Source: a virus. Taken from it: DNA of 64,000 nucleotides. How positions within the stretch are numbered: position 1 is the first letter of the stretch; each line of letters begins with the position of its first letter. Below are positions 40,314 to 50,935 of this stretch, piece by piece. The notes beneath the pieces are model-generated. The model had not been told where the DNA came from. It was given only the letters and a program-made list of their open reading frames with translations, and did no database searches. Where the stretch lies: IMG/VR virus record IMGVR_UViG_3300037549_000096. One strand, written 5' to 3'. Made by a program: the position numbers and the translations under genes.

Positions 40314-41243
40314 TTAATTCAATGAAGTCAAGTAAGATTTTATCTTATTCTCTTGTTCTTGAGTACATGAATTACATAAACAAGACTTTTGTGAAGTATA
40401 TTCTATAAAATCTAGAGCCAATTTAATATCTACTTCAGAAGAATCATTTGGATGAGCATAATTCATGTGACAATGACTACATAATGTAATTAAGTTTTTA
40501 CAAGAAAATCTAAAATCTTTTTCTGTGTTCCAGGGAAGAATATGATGAACATGTAACCACTCATTATCTTTCTTGCAAATAAAACATTTAAAATTATCTC
40601 TTTGCACTAATTTAATTCTTACAATAAAATGACCAAATCTAGATCTTTCTAATTGATTGATAAGTTTTTCATCTTCAGTTAATAATACAGGATAACGAGA
40701 GCAACCGCAACTTTTTGTATCGCCGCTATTTAAATGTCCTTTTTCTATAACTTTTAACTCACCGCATTCACATTGAGTTAAGTATTGTATAAGTCCGTAT
40801 TGATTTTTAGGTCTTTCTTCGATAATTTCTAATTTACCAAATTTAGTTCCAGGTAAGATTTCGTATCCGCATTGACGACTACATCTTGTAGTGTTACCAC
40901 TTTTAACATTATTAATAGGTAATGTAATTGTTTTACCGCAAACACATTCAAATTTATATAAATGACCACTAACACCGTCTTTATATTCAACATATTCTAA
41001 ACAAACTAAATCATTATATTGTTTTCCAATGTATTGATTTACGTCAATTTTTCTAGCACAACCACAAGAACTAGATTTATTACCTAATAAACTTTGTCGA
41101 TATACATCTTTTATTTTTCCACATTTACATTCACAAGAATATTTATAAATTCCATTTTTATCTTTTCCAATACATGATTTAACTGTTAACATACCAAATT
41201 GTTCACCTATTAAATCAGTAGGATCAACAGCTATTGGCATCAC
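40314..41243 (-). CDS. HNH homing endonuclease with N-terminal Cys-rich repeats
   Basis: Three G..FG.L...CxCG...SCGC-type repeats; RDNFKCFIC...HVHHI...NLITLCSHCH. Confidence 0.88.
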   Translation of the reverse strand: MMPIAVDPTDLIGEQFGMLTVKSCIGKDKNGIYKYSCECKCGKIKDVYRQSLLGNKSSSCGCARKIDVNQYIGKQYNDLVCLEYVEYKDGVSGHLYKFECVCGKTITLPINNVKSGNTTRCSRQCGYEILPGTKFGKLEIIEERPKNQYGLIQYLTQCECGELKVIEKGHLNSGDTKSCGCSRYPVLLTEDEKLINQLERSRFGHFIVRIKLVQRDNFKCFICKKDNEWLHVHHILPWNTEKDFRFSCKNLITLCSHCHMNYAHPNDSSEVDIKLALDFIEYTSQKSCLCNSCTQEQENKIKSYLTSLN

Positions 41244-41758
41244 TCCCCCATTAACGATAAATACTCGTTTAACGTTTTAAGTTTCAAAGCCTGATTAGAC
41301 ATAGCATCATCTTCATTAAAATCTGTAAATTTTAATAATTGATCATTTGTTACATCTTTAAATAATTCTTTACCATAATCTGAAGTAAGTTTATCTAATT
41401 GAACTTGAGCAAAATGTAAAATTTTAGGTGCAATAATCCAACCTTCATCATATAAAATATGAGCAATGTAAACAATTACTGTATGATCTGCTGGTTCCGT
41501 AAATAATAATTTACGGTTCAATGCTTTTTCTGCTTTATCAACAGCATGAGCGATCATTAATACATTAGGAATATCTACAGTTTCAGGGTTTGGAATAAAA
41601 CCATTTACCGCAAAACAGAATTTCTCAAAGCCTGGAACTGATTGTAGAATACCATTAGGATTAACTAACAATGCTTTCATAGCAAATAACTCTTCCAAAT
41701 CTTGATCACTCATTTCTGAGTGATTAAGTATGAGGGTTTCGTTATCTTGATGAAGCAT
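41240..41758 (-). CDS. hypothetical (virion-associated?) protein
   Basis: ORF track, coupled. Confidence 0.65.
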   Translation of the reverse strand: MLHQDNETLILNHSEMSDQDLEELFAMKALLVNPNGILQSVPGFEKFCFAVNGFIPNPETVDIPNVLMIAHAVDKAEKALNRKLLFTEPADHTVIVYIAHILYDEGWIIAPKILHFAQVQLDKLTSDYGKELFKDVTNDQLLKFTDFNEDDAMSNQALKLKTLNEYLSLMGE

Positions 41759-42666
41759 TATTTATTCCTATGATCGTCAATCGCTTGTGCTACAGCTACT
41801 TTAACAAACTCAGGAGCCGTTTTTAAGTATACACAAGGATCAGTAGAAAGTCCATCTAAAATTTCGCCACCAAATAAGTTAGAAAAATCAAAATCCTTAA
41901 TTGAAGCTACTTTATCAATATCATAAGGCCGACCATTTACAACCATCACAATAACTTTCTTTTGTTCTGGTTCTTTCATGGTAAGAAGAGAACGGAAAGG
42001 GTCAGTAATACCACGATCATAATGGCTATCAAGTCCAAATTTCTTATCAAGCATTCCAAGCAGCTTAAGTATAATTTCTTTGGATTCATCTGTCTTAGCC
42101 AAAGCATGATAAGCCTCTTTACCTTCTTTATCATCTACTTTAGAAGCACGATGTTTAATGATATCCGACCAATCTTCTTTAAGGTGATCACCAGCATATT
42201 CTTCAACTATCTTGGGTAAACTAACATTTTCCTTATGACCAGCATCTTTTAACGATTGATAACGATGAAGTAATTCTTTAGCTTTTTCATGACGTTCTTC
42301 AGGTTTGATATGTTTATAGTTTTGTTCAAAAATTTTAATTTCGGAAGCAAGTTTGATGAAAGTATAGCCTTCTTCGGCAACTTTCTCTACTGTAAAAGGT
42401 GATTCATAACTTACATCATGTAATTTAAGAGCTTCTAAAATACGATCATGAACCGTCACATACTCATCTTTATCAAGATGACTAGCTGCATTTTTCTCAA
42501 AATAAGCAGCAGACAGCCAAGTGTTACTAGCCGTGTCAATAGGGTAGAAAGATTCTCTACCGTCTGAATAAGCGTAGAATAATGGTGTTTCATTAGCTAT
42601 TTTAACGAATTCTGGTAAATTCGTATCAGCTAAAACTAATAAGTTTGAGTCGTGAAGATGATCCAT
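41758..42666 (-). CDS. putative head protein with KxA motifs
   Basis: FVKIA, FEKNA, VEKVA, FIKLA, IDKVA, YLKTA, FVKVA; YPIDT..NTWLS..YF. Confidence 0.55.
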   Translation of the reverse strand: MDHLHDSNLLVLADTNLPEFVKIANETPLFYAYSDGRESFYPIDTASNTWLSAAYFEKNAASHLDKDEYVTVHDRILEALKLHDVSYESPFTVEKVAEEGYTFIKLASEIKIFEQNYKHIKPEERHEKAKELLHRYQSLKDAGHKENVSLPKIVEEYAGDHLKEDWSDIIKHRASKVDDKEGKEAYHALAKTDESKEIILKLLGMLDKKFGLDSHYDRGITDPFRSLLTMKEPEQKKVIVMVVNGRPYDIDKVASIKDFDFSNLFGGEILDGLSTDPCVYLKTAPEFVKVAVAQAIDDHRNK

Positions 42667-42677
42667 ATAAATCTCCG

Positions 42678-43964
42678 TTATAACGAATAAGAAGGTAATG
42701 CACCAGATTGTATACCAATGATAGTTAATTGAGTATAAATAGCTTCAGTAGCTTCAGTAGTACCCATGCCAGCAGTACCTTGATATTTTATTCTAACATT
42801 ACTAAGACTAGAACCAGCAGGAATAATCTGAAGAAAAACGTCATCGTCATTATTTTGACCAGTAGCATCATTAGAATTATTAGTTAAAGTAGCATTCATA
42901 CTCATAATATTAGAAAATAAACCCGCTGGAATAGGTATGTCAAATTCAGGATTACTAGAATTAGCCCCACTACCAGAAGGGGCAGTATAACCCACAACAG
43001 GAATAGCTATAGGATTAGTAATACAAGTATAAATAATTAAATGAGGAATAGTAGAACCATTACCACCAATAACAATCCAGCCATTATGAGCATAACTAGC
43101 ACCACCTACTTCATAATCTATAGTAGCATTATTAGCATTATAATAAGAAGCGGCAGGCATTAAATCACTTACGTTTTGCATTGTAGCTAAAGCGTTAGGT
43201 TCAGTAGCTAATTTAGTAGTAGCTGCTCTTGTATCTGCCCATTCTAATCTACAACCAGCATCAAACGTAGCATTAACACCAGTATTAGTAGTTCTACTAA
43301 TATAACCTGCATTACAAGCTTGAAGAGTCATAATACTAAACGGATTGCCTTGTTCACCATAATATCGGCCATCTGTTACGTTAAGAAAGAAAGCACTAAC
43401 AGAAGAGGCTAAAGCATCAAAACCAGCAAATTCAGAACCTCTAATACCGTCATCTAATAACCATTTAACAACATTACTAGAATCAAAATTATCATAAATA
43501 TAAGTAGCTTTACCTATTGAAGATAAAGTATTATTTGGAACCATATCTCCGGTGCGATTAATCATATTGGTCAATTGATTATTAATAGGACTTAATACTT
43601 GATCTACATATTTCTTATTTACACCATGTAAAGGATCTGAAGGCATGAAATTAAAGTAACAAGCTGAACCTGCACCGAATCTAAATATACCTGTTTTCAA
43701 TCCAGTACCAGCTAAGATATCACCTACTAAATAATTACCTATAAACATTTCTTTAGTATTATTTAAACTATCTAATCTAGCAGGAGAATGAATTGTACCT
43801 ACTGGATTAGTAGTATCAGTAGAACTACCTTGGACTTCTAATTTAAGATTATTAATTAAAGTTAATGCATTAGATATTTCAGTTTGCATAGCTGTTAATT
43901 TTTGAGCCACTACGCTCAATTCGCCATTTTTAATAGAATCTATGAGATTTGTTAATTCACTCAT
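42678..43964 (-). CDS. tail fibre / receptor-binding protein
   Basis: P...HGVNKKYVD fibre motif; C-terminal lectin/gp53-like beta domain. Confidence 0.65.
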   Translation of the reverse strand: MSELTNLIDSIKNGELSVVAQKLTAMQTEISNALTLINNLKLEVQGSSTDTTNPVGTIHSPARLDSLNNTKEMFIGNYLVGDILAGTGLKTGIFRFGAGSACYFNFMPSDPLHGVNKKYVDQVLSPINNQLTNMINRTGDMVPNNTLSSIGKATYIYDNFDSSNVVKWLLDDGIRGSEFAGFDALASSVSAFFLNVTDGRYYGEQGNPFSIMTLQACNAGYISRTTNTGVNATFDAGCRLEWADTRAATTKLATEPNALATMQNVSDLMPAASYYNANNATIDYEVGGASYAHNGWIVIGGNGSTIPHLIIYTCITNPIAIPVVGYTAPSGSGANSSNPEFDIPIPAGLFSNIMSMNATLTNNSNDATGQNNDDDVFLQIIPAGSSLSNVRIKYQGTAGMGTTEATEAIYTQLTIIGIQSGALPSYSL

Positions 43965-43965
43965 G

Positions 43966-45351
43966 TTATCCAGTCACTTGATTAATAACAATATTGAACG
44001 AACCATAAGCCGTAGGATAAGGGAAGGCCGAAGTAGCTACAAATGGTTTACCTACTAGATAATAATGACCAGAAGTTAAAGCAAATGAACCAACTACAGT
44101 ACTACCACTAACATTACTAACTAAAGCTACTGTATCTGCGCCAATACTAGAACCTGGGTCAGTCGTACCCATATCATAAATTAAAGAAGCTTGATTAGAT
44201 ACGTCAAATCTATAATCTCCAGTAACATTACATAATAATACAACATAAGTTAAATAATCATTAGCGCCTGAAGTATAAGTAGTTGTTTCATCTCCAGTAC
44301 TCCAGCTACCATCACTAATAGAACCATGATAAGTTTCAGTAAAATTAGTATTTAACGTATCAGCTACAACCGCAGTAACATTAAACCAATAACCACTATC
44401 ATTAGTCGAAGATACGGTCATTGTTGCATTATAAACAATAGTATTAGAAACACCTGTTCCGCTAGAAGTTAGTATCCAAGTAGGAGTTCCACCAATAATA
44501 AATAAACCATAACCTTCCATACTTGAATTATAAGCAGGTAATGAACGTACTAGATTACCTAAATCTATTCTTCTAACTACATGAAGATCAGCACTAGGAG
44601 TAGCGGTTACACTTAAGTTACCATTAACTGTTCCACCACTTAAAGGCAAATAAAAAGTAAAAGCTTGACCTACGTTAGTTGCGCTATCAGGTAATGTACC
44701 AAATAGCCCATTAATAGTATTATGTAAATTAGTTAAATCATTTTGAACAGCTATTTCTTTAGTTGAATCGGCTACAGTGGTTCCATAATAAACTTTTTCA
44801 CTACCACCACGAAAGTAAACACTTCCAAGCGTGTGTTGTGATCCATTTGGAGTAACATCATCTGTTTTATTTAAATAAATAGCATTTAAATTTATTTGAT
44901 TACCTTGAATAGCTTGCATTAAAGTCATGTAATTTACAACTTCATATTGAGATAACTCTTGAGCCGTATTACCGACATTATTAACATCTAAATAAGGAGT
45001 ACCTTGAGCTTGATTTACATAACCTAAAAACGTCTGACCACCAAACATAAAAGAGATAGATCTAGCAGGTACACTAGTATCAGTAGGATCACCAAAAATC
45101 ATTGGATAATTACCAACTGTCTGATAATTAGGCTCAACAATAGGTAATCCAGTATTAGGATCAATTAAGTTTTGAGGATTAGGATTTTGTTTAGTTTTTA
45201 AAGCAAATTGTGACCATAATACAGCAAGTTCAGAATTAGCTTTAGCAGTAGCTACATCATTTTTAACAGTAGTTAAAATACTACCTAATACTGCAAGTTC
45301 GCCTTCAGTTAACTTACTAATCATATCTAAGAGTGTGGCGATATTACTCAT
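43966..45351 (-). CDS. tail fibre protein
   Basis: YLPLSGGTVNGNL...P....HVVR fibre motif; N-terminus similar to 42678 gene. Confidence 0.7.
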   Translation of the reverse strand: MSNIATLLDMISKLTEGELAVLGSILTTVKNDVATAKANSELAVLWSQFALKTKQNPNPQNLIDPNTGLPIVEPNYQTVGNYPMIFGDPTDTSVPARSISFMFGGQTFLGYVNQAQGTPYLDVNNVGNTAQELSQYEVVNYMTLMQAIQGNQINLNAIYLNKTDDVTPNGSQHTLGSVYFRGGSEKVYYGTTVADSTKEIAVQNDLTNLHNTINGLFGTLPDSATNVGQAFTFYLPLSGGTVNGNLSVTATPSADLHVVRRIDLGNLVRSLPAYNSSMEGYGLFIIGGTPTWILTSSGTGVSNTIVYNATMTVSSTNDSGYWFNVTAVVADTLNTNFTETYHGSISDGSWSTGDETTTYTSGANDYLTYVVLLCNVTGDYRFDVSNQASLIYDMGTTDPGSSIGADTVALVSNVSGSTVVGSFALTSGHYYLVGKPFVATSAFPYPTAYGSFNIVINQVTG

Positions 45352-46277
45352 TAAGCCACCGTCCAGCCATTAACTAAAGGCATTGTAATTGCATAAGAAG
45401 AATCTATACTACTTGTAAAAGTGATATTACTTCTAGTAACGTTTATCGTCGCTATTACATATTGAATCGTATTACTACTATCAGTTACCCTATTTACAGT
45501 GATAGAACTTAATGCGTTATAAGTACTAGTAGTAGTAGTTACTGTAGCGGGACTTGTCGTATTATCAGTTTTTACTATAGTAACAGTTTGTGATGTATAA
45601 TTAAATTTAATCAAAGTAAATGAATCTGAATCACCAACTGTATCCTGGAGAGAGATACTATCTATATTAGTAGAGCCATCATTTACGTAATTAATAATGC
45701 CAGTATAACCGGCAGGTATAGCTCCTGCGTAGATGGCTGAATTGACTATATCGGCTAAATTTTTCTTAAGTCTATATCTGTTAATTATATCAGTAATTTT
45801 AAAATTAACTAAACTGATAAATTCTACTAAAGACCTAAAAATAGTATTAACTCTTACAGAAGTTACTGAACCACCTTCAGGGATTTGTTGAATATTAAAA
45901 AAACCACCTACACTATCTTCAGGATTAGAATTATTCCAGTCGGTAGGATTGAAAGCTTCTGAAATTAAAAATACAATATTAAAGGTATCAGTATTACCGT
46001 TAGCAGTTACAGTTACAGTATAATTAGCACCTAAAGTAAAATTATCAGAAGTACCAGTTAAAGCTATAGCTAGTTGAGGATTAGGAGTATTAGCATTAGT
46101 GGTAGTAATCGTAAAAGGCGCACCAGTAGGACCAGTAACAACTACTGTAGGTGTATCGGTAGTAACAGATTTATCTAAATTCAAAGTAATATTAACAATA
46201 CTACTAGAAGAACCAAATTGTAAATTATTAGTTTCAACAACTAATAATTTTTGATCAGGCATAATAAATGCAGACAT
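45351..46277 (-). CDS. virion structural protein (Ig-like, Thr-rich)
   Basis: Beta-rich, YTVTVTA. Confidence 0.55.
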   Translation of the reverse strand: MSAFIMPDQKLLVVETNNLQFGSSSSIVNITLNLDKSVTTDTPTVVVTGPTGAPFTITTTNANTPNPQLAIALTGTSDNFTLGANYTVTVTANGNTDTFNIVFLISEAFNPTDWNNSNPEDSVGGFFNIQQIPEGGSVTSVRVNTIFRSLVEFISLVNFKITDIINRYRLKKNLADIVNSAIYAGAIPAGYTGIINYVNDGSTNIDSISLQDTVGDSDSFTLIKFNYTSQTVTIVKTDNTTSPATVTTTTSTYNALSSITVNRVTDSSNTIQYVIATINVTRSNITFTSSIDSSYAITMPLVNGWTVA

Positions 46278-46278
46278 A

Positions 46279-46653
46279 TTAGCGTCCCATCAAACTATCA
46301 TTAATATAGAAACAGTCTTGATCTAAAAGAATCTGAGTACCATCTTGATCCTTGGCGTATAATCTATATTCTCTTACTCTGTCAGATAAATAAGGGTTTG
46401 GTACAAAGTTTTTCAATGAGTTTTGAGTGATCTTTACATTTACTATATTTTCAGCATAACCACGACATTCAGCAGAAATACTAATATCATTATCTAAAAC
46501 TTCTATAATAGGTTCTTTAATCCCAGGTTCAAAAACTTGGAATAAAAATTGATTATATTCACTTAAATCATGTTCAGGTCTTTGTGTTTTACTATCAAAA
46601 AGACGAATCTTTTCAATATTATCACAAAAATTATTTACTACTATTACTGACAC
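46279..46653 (-). CDS. BppU-like baseplate/fibre adaptor
   Basis: DLS.Y...FQV; beta-rich; precedes fibre genes. Confidence 0.4.
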   Translation of the reverse strand: MSVIVVNNFCDNIEKIRLFDSKTQRPEHDLSEYNQFLFQVFEPGIKEPIIEVLDNDISISAECRGYAENIVNVKITQNSLKNFVPNPYLSDRVREYRLYAKDQDGTQILLDQDCFYINDSLMGR

Positions 46654-46915
46654 TATGTCTCCTAGTAGTTTTACTAATGCTTTTTCTTAGTTGATGTAGA
46701 ATGGAGTCATAATTATAAAATTCTGTAGTAACAAATTCATCATATAAATTATTCATCACTTCTTGAGTAATGTCAAAACTAAAATTATATTTTTCAATCT
46801 TTTCTTGAGTTAATCCAGATGTTTTAATCACCTTTTCAGGAGGTTTTGTTAATTTATGTCCTTTTAACTGTAAATAAGCAGCAAAACCTAAACTAGAAGT
46901 GCCGATGTTTGACAT
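46631..46915 (-). CDS. DUF5659-like small protein (possible regulator)
   Basis: SLGFAAYL.LKG..L...FSF pattern. Confidence 0.55.
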   Translation of the reverse strand: MSNIGTSSLGFAAYLQLKGHKLTKPPEKVIKTSGLTQEKIEKYNFSFDITQEVMNNLYDEFVTTEFYNYDSILHQLRKSISKTTRRHSVSNSSK

Positions 46916-46932
46916 TTTATACCTCTAGCTTA

Positions 46933-46962
46933 ACTATATCATAATTTACGTAGAAGATGCAA
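46933..46962 (-). promoter_or_regulatory. promoter with extended -10
   Basis: TTGCAT-18 nt-TATAGT preceded by TGn. Confidence 0.45.
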
Positions 46963-46972
46963 GTAAGTTATA

Positions 46973-48250
46973 TTAACTACCTGTAGATTGTATAAAAGAT
47001 AAATATTTAACATGTAAAGGCCGAAAATATTCTAAGATAGAATTAATCCAAGATAAGCTTGGATTAGCATAGCTAGTTACTGGAGATATTTCACATATTA
47101 TAAGATTTTTAAAAAACAAATATACAGTTGGACTTAAACCAGGATTAGTCCATGAACTAAAATCATAATAATGATAATATAGACTTGATAATCCATAAGA
47201 ATAACTAGGAGCTTTTACTTGATTATTTAATAAAATTCCAAAATCAAATGTTATATCACTATTATTTGGATCAAAAGTTAAATGTGGCATATCAAAATAC
47301 AAAGCTGTAGGTAATTCATTAGGAGCTAAAGTTAATAAATCGAATAAATTAGCAGATTGGTTAGCTAATAAAACTTGTATAAATCTAGCCGGATTCATAA
47401 CATATGAATAAATATCAACAGGACAAACACCTATAGCTTCATAGGCTGATATAGATGCGTTTGGTTGTTGAAATTTAGGTTTAGGTCCAATAGAGTATTG
47501 AGTTATTTCACCGTTAGATTCAATCCATGTATTCCATTCATCAAAATTAACTATAAACCCATCTTGAGTTACATAAGGTTGATCATAAGCGATTGAAAAA
47601 ATACTTTCCAGTGAATCAATCGTTCCACCTAATGTTGCACAACGAATAAAAGCACATATTTGAGCTTTTATATTAAGTAAATATTGCTGATATTGATCTG
47701 AATTGATTTGTTGTGTATAAGATGTAATATTAGTATAAAAATCTAAATCGGTATTTATAAATGGTTTAATACCTGGGAACAAAGATCCCCATGTATTTAG
47801 CATATTACCATTATCAATTAAATATTGACGAATATATAAATATCTATCAGTAGAAGTTAATTGCGTTACTGGAATTTGTAATAAAGTTTTATTTAAAACT
47901 GTGTCTAAAAGAATATTAAATGTAAGACTATTATTAAACGTTAAATCACGGCTTAATGTATCTATCAAAAAAGTACCTAAAGGTAATTCATAATAAAAAT
48001 TACCATCCCCATTCATAGAAGGATCAGAAGGAATAATAGTTTGTTTTAGATCAATGACTTTATAAAAATCAGTTAAATAAGGATCAGTCGTAAAAGGTGA
48101 TAATTCATTAGCTATCATTTGCCATTTTTGTAAAGCAGAACCATATACATAAGAATAAGCATTTAAAAGGGTTGGTAAACCCTCTATTTGCTTAGTCCAA
48201 AAATCTGGTAACTGTGCTTGAAGTTGAGCTAACAGAGCAGATTGATCCAT
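46973..48250 (-). CDS. baseplate wedge-like protein
   Basis: LPDFW start, GGT..SLE, C-terminal RPLHVKY. Confidence 0.6.
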   Translation of the reverse strand: MDQSALLAQLQAQLPDFWTKQIEGLPTLLNAYSYVYGSALQKWQMIANELSPFTTDPYLTDFYKVIDLKQTIIPSDPSMNGDGNFYYELPLGTFLIDTLSRDLTFNNSLTFNILLDTVLNKTLLQIPVTQLTSTDRYLYIRQYLIDNGNMLNTWGSLFPGIKPFINTDLDFYTNITSYTQQINSDQYQQYLLNIKAQICAFIRCATLGGTIDSLESIFSIAYDQPYVTQDGFIVNFDEWNTWIESNGEITQYSIGPKPKFQQPNASISAYEAIGVCPVDIYSYVMNPARFIQVLLANQSANLFDLLTLAPNELPTALYFDMPHLTFDPNNSDITFDFGILLNNQVKAPSYSYGLSSLYYHYYDFSSWTNPGLSPTVYLFFKNLIICEISPVTSYANPSLSWINSILEYFRPLHVKYLSFIQSTGS

Positions 48251-49689
48251 TAGTGAATTTCCTTTAATTTGTCTAAGAAGGCTTTATTTAATTCAGCTTT
48301 TTCATTAGCACGATTACGAATATAGCTGTCAACCCCATTACTATGAGTATCAGGTTTAAAGAATCGTTTAATTTTACCCATTAAACCCAATCTTGGATCT
48401 GAAATATATTCTTTAACTGTAACATTACGTTCTTTTTCAGGTAAATAGTCATGAGACATATATCTAGCTGTACGACCAATAGCTTGATTAGATCTTTCTG
48501 GATTCCAATCTGGTTCCATTTTTTGCATTAAACGAGTACCGCGAAGATCTAATCCTTCAAAACCAGCAGGGGATAAAAGTAAATGTTTTAATTTACCTCT
48601 ATTATAATCCTTGATAATTTTAGTACGAGCCTCTTGTGACTCTTCTCCACTAAAAATAGCATGATTAATATTATTACGTGTTAATTCTCTAGAAAATGGT
48701 TTAAGACCTGCATCTATGTAATTTGAAAATGTTACACTTTTAAAATTAGGATTATGTTTAATACCGTGTCTAATATCATGAACCATAGAATGCATCTTAG
48801 GTGTTATATCTTTTCCACCAAAAGAAGATATTGAATTACTTATTTGTCTTGAAGTAGATAAAAATGCATTTAATTTAACAGCCTCTTGTTTGGAGGGTGG
48901 AATATTGTTAGCAATTTTATAGCGCATCCAAAGAGGTAATTTCTTGTTAGCAAAATCATAATAAGATTGCTGTTCTTTACTCATTGTGGTATGGACGACT
49001 TCTTTATTTACCTTGGGAATATGTTTTAAATATTCTTCATTGCCACTAAAACTATGAATATAAGGTGTTACCATCTTTTTAAATGCATCAAGATTTTTAG
49101 GTTTAGTAACTTCTCCTGGTTTAGCTCTTAAAAAAGTTCTAGCTAAAAATCCAGGTCTAACTTTTTGATGTGTTAAGAAATCATTATCAAAGCTTTTGAT
49201 ATCACGAAAAACAGGACCACCAGCAGCTAAATTAACTAATGGCACTATCTCAGAAGGCTTATTAGAAAGCATTGATCCAGTTAAACCAATAAATTTCTTA
49301 ATTTTCGGACGTACTTTATTAAATGCTTCATTCGTTAAAGTATCTTCATCACGCGAACGATGAATTTCGTCTGCGATCAATACTGAAGGTTTAAATTTTT
49401 TAACTATTAATTCAGGATTTTTTCTAAATGTTTCAAGTGAAACAATATTATAGTTATCACCTTTAACATTAAACTTACGAAGTTCTTTGCTATAATTTTC
49501 GACCAATGAGGCAGGTGCAACGACTAATTTAGACCCTGGATCTTTTTCGCCTGCTAGAATAGAGGAAAATGTTTTACCTGAGCCTAGTCCATGATTAAAA
49601 ATAATACCAGTTGTTTTAGTAGATTTGTTAGCGGCTTCTGATTGGTGTTTTTGAGCTAAGTTATCTAGGCCGAATTTTTTAATCATCAT
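48250..49689 (-). CDS. SNF2-family helicase (second copy, structural region)
   Basis: HGLGSGKT, ADEIH, LTGS, EGLDL, WNP...QAIGRTAR. Confidence 0.9.
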   Translation of the reverse strand: MMIKKFGLDNLAQKHQSEAANKSTKTTGIIFNHGLGSGKTFSSILAGEKDPGSKLVVAPASLVENYSKELRKFNVKGDNYNIVSLETFRKNPELIVKKFKPSVLIADEIHRSRDEDTLTNEAFNKVRPKIKKFIGLTGSMLSNKPSEIVPLVNLAAGGPVFRDIKSFDNDFLTHQKVRPGFLARTFLRAKPGEVTKPKNLDAFKKMVTPYIHSFSGNEEYLKHIPKVNKEVVHTTMSKEQQSYYDFANKKLPLWMRYKIANNIPPSKQEAVKLNAFLSTSRQISNSISSFGGKDITPKMHSMVHDIRHGIKHNPNFKSVTFSNYIDAGLKPFSRELTRNNINHAIFSGEESQEARTKIIKDYNRGKLKHLLLSPAGFEGLDLRGTRLMQKMEPDWNPERSNQAIGRTARYMSHDYLPEKERNVTVKEYISDPRLGLMGKIKRFFKPDTHSNGVDSYIRNRANEKAELNKAFLDKLKEIH

Positions 49690-49729
49690 GCACCGTTTAG
49701 TGTATACTTATATTAAATAGGGAGCATTT

Positions 49730-50344
49730 ATGTCTTATGCTTGTTTAGTACCTTTTTATCGTTTAGATACAGTTTCAAAAGCTATTGATTCCGCTATTAA
49801 CGATGGTTGGAAAGTAGAAACTATGGAAGATAAAAATTATTATGGTGTTTGTAAAATGAGAGAAGCTTTATTAAATAGAGCTTTTGTAAATAAAGATATT
49901 AAATTTGTTAGATATCTTGATGATGATGACGTATTATTACCACACTTAGATTTAATTAAATCTGTTTTTGATTCAAATCCAGATATTGATTTAATCTATA
50001 CAGATTATGTTGTAAATACATCTGTTAAGAAACAACATCATATCACTTTTCTTGGCGATCCCTTAAAAGATTGTATATCTGTTCATCCTTGGTCATGGAT
50101 AGCAAGAGTTGAAGCGTTACATAAAATAAAAGATATATATGGAAATTTATGGAATTACGAAAAACCATGTAGAGAAGGAACATATTGTTGGATTAACTTT
50201 TTAAAAGCTAAATTAAAAATGTTGTATGTTCCGGTAAAAGCTTATCAATATAATATAAGTTTTGGTCCTAACTGTATTAGTCAACACCCTTACTTTGGTC
50301 GTGAAACTTTGAACGTAGTAAATATAATCAAAAAATTAATGTAA
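49730..50344 (+). CDS. glycosyltransferase, GT-A fold (GT2-like)
   Basis: AIDSA, RYLDDDD.LLP, IYTD. Confidence 0.78.
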   Translation: MSYACLVPFYRLDTVSKAIDSAINDGWKVETMEDKNYYGVCKMREALLNRAFVNKDIKFVRYLDDDDVLLPHLDLIKSVFDSNPDIDLIYTDYVVNTSVKKQHHITFLGDPLKDCISVHPWSWIARVEALHKIKDIYGNLWNYEKPCREGTYCWINFLKAKLKMLYVPVKAYQYNISFGPNCISQHPYFGRETLNVVNIIKKLM

Positions 50345-50935
50345 TTTGGCTAAAGCTTCATGTAATAATTTAGATTCTTTATCAAAATTAGGATGATTAC
50401 TTGTGTGGTTTGTTTGAGAGTTTTTATTCCATTGATACGAACTAATAGATAAATGTTTAAAACTTAATTTAGCTTTTAAAAAATTATACCAACACCATCC
50501 ACCTGTTCTACATTGTTTTCTTTGATCCCAAACATAACCATAATGTCTTTGAACCTGTTCTAGTGTTTCTTTTTTAGCTATCCACATCCAAGGTGCTGTA
50601 TTCTCTGCATCTTTTTTAGGATCACCTGTTAATTTTATTAAATCAGTATTAATAATAAAATTAGTATAAACTATATCGATTGATTTATATTGTTCAAATA
50701 TGTTTTGAACTTGTTCTAAATGTGGTAGTAAAATATCATCGTCATCTAAATATCTTATTAATTTAGCTTCTGTTGTGAAAGCCGTATTTAATAATTGTTC
50801 ACGACTAACGTTCATTCCTTTTAAATCTTTATCATGTAAAGTTATAACATTCCATTTATTATTTTCAGCCGAATCAATAGCTGTTTGAACTGTATGTAAA
50901 CGAGTGAACGGTATTAAACAAATATTCATTAACAA
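50336..50935 (-). CDS. glycosyltransferase, GT-A fold (paralog)
   Basis: AIDSA, RYLDDDDILLPHL, VYTN. Confidence 0.78.
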   Translation of the reverse strand: MLMNICLIPFTRLHTVQTAIDSAENNKWNVITLHDKDLKGMNVSREQLLNTAFTTEAKLIRYLDDDDILLPHLEQVQNIFEQYKSIDIVYTNFIINTDLIKLTGDPKKDAENTAPWMWIAKKETLEQVQRHYGYVWDQRKQCRTGGWCWYNFLKAKLSFKHLSISSYQWNKNSQTNHTSNHPNFDKESKLLHEALAKLH

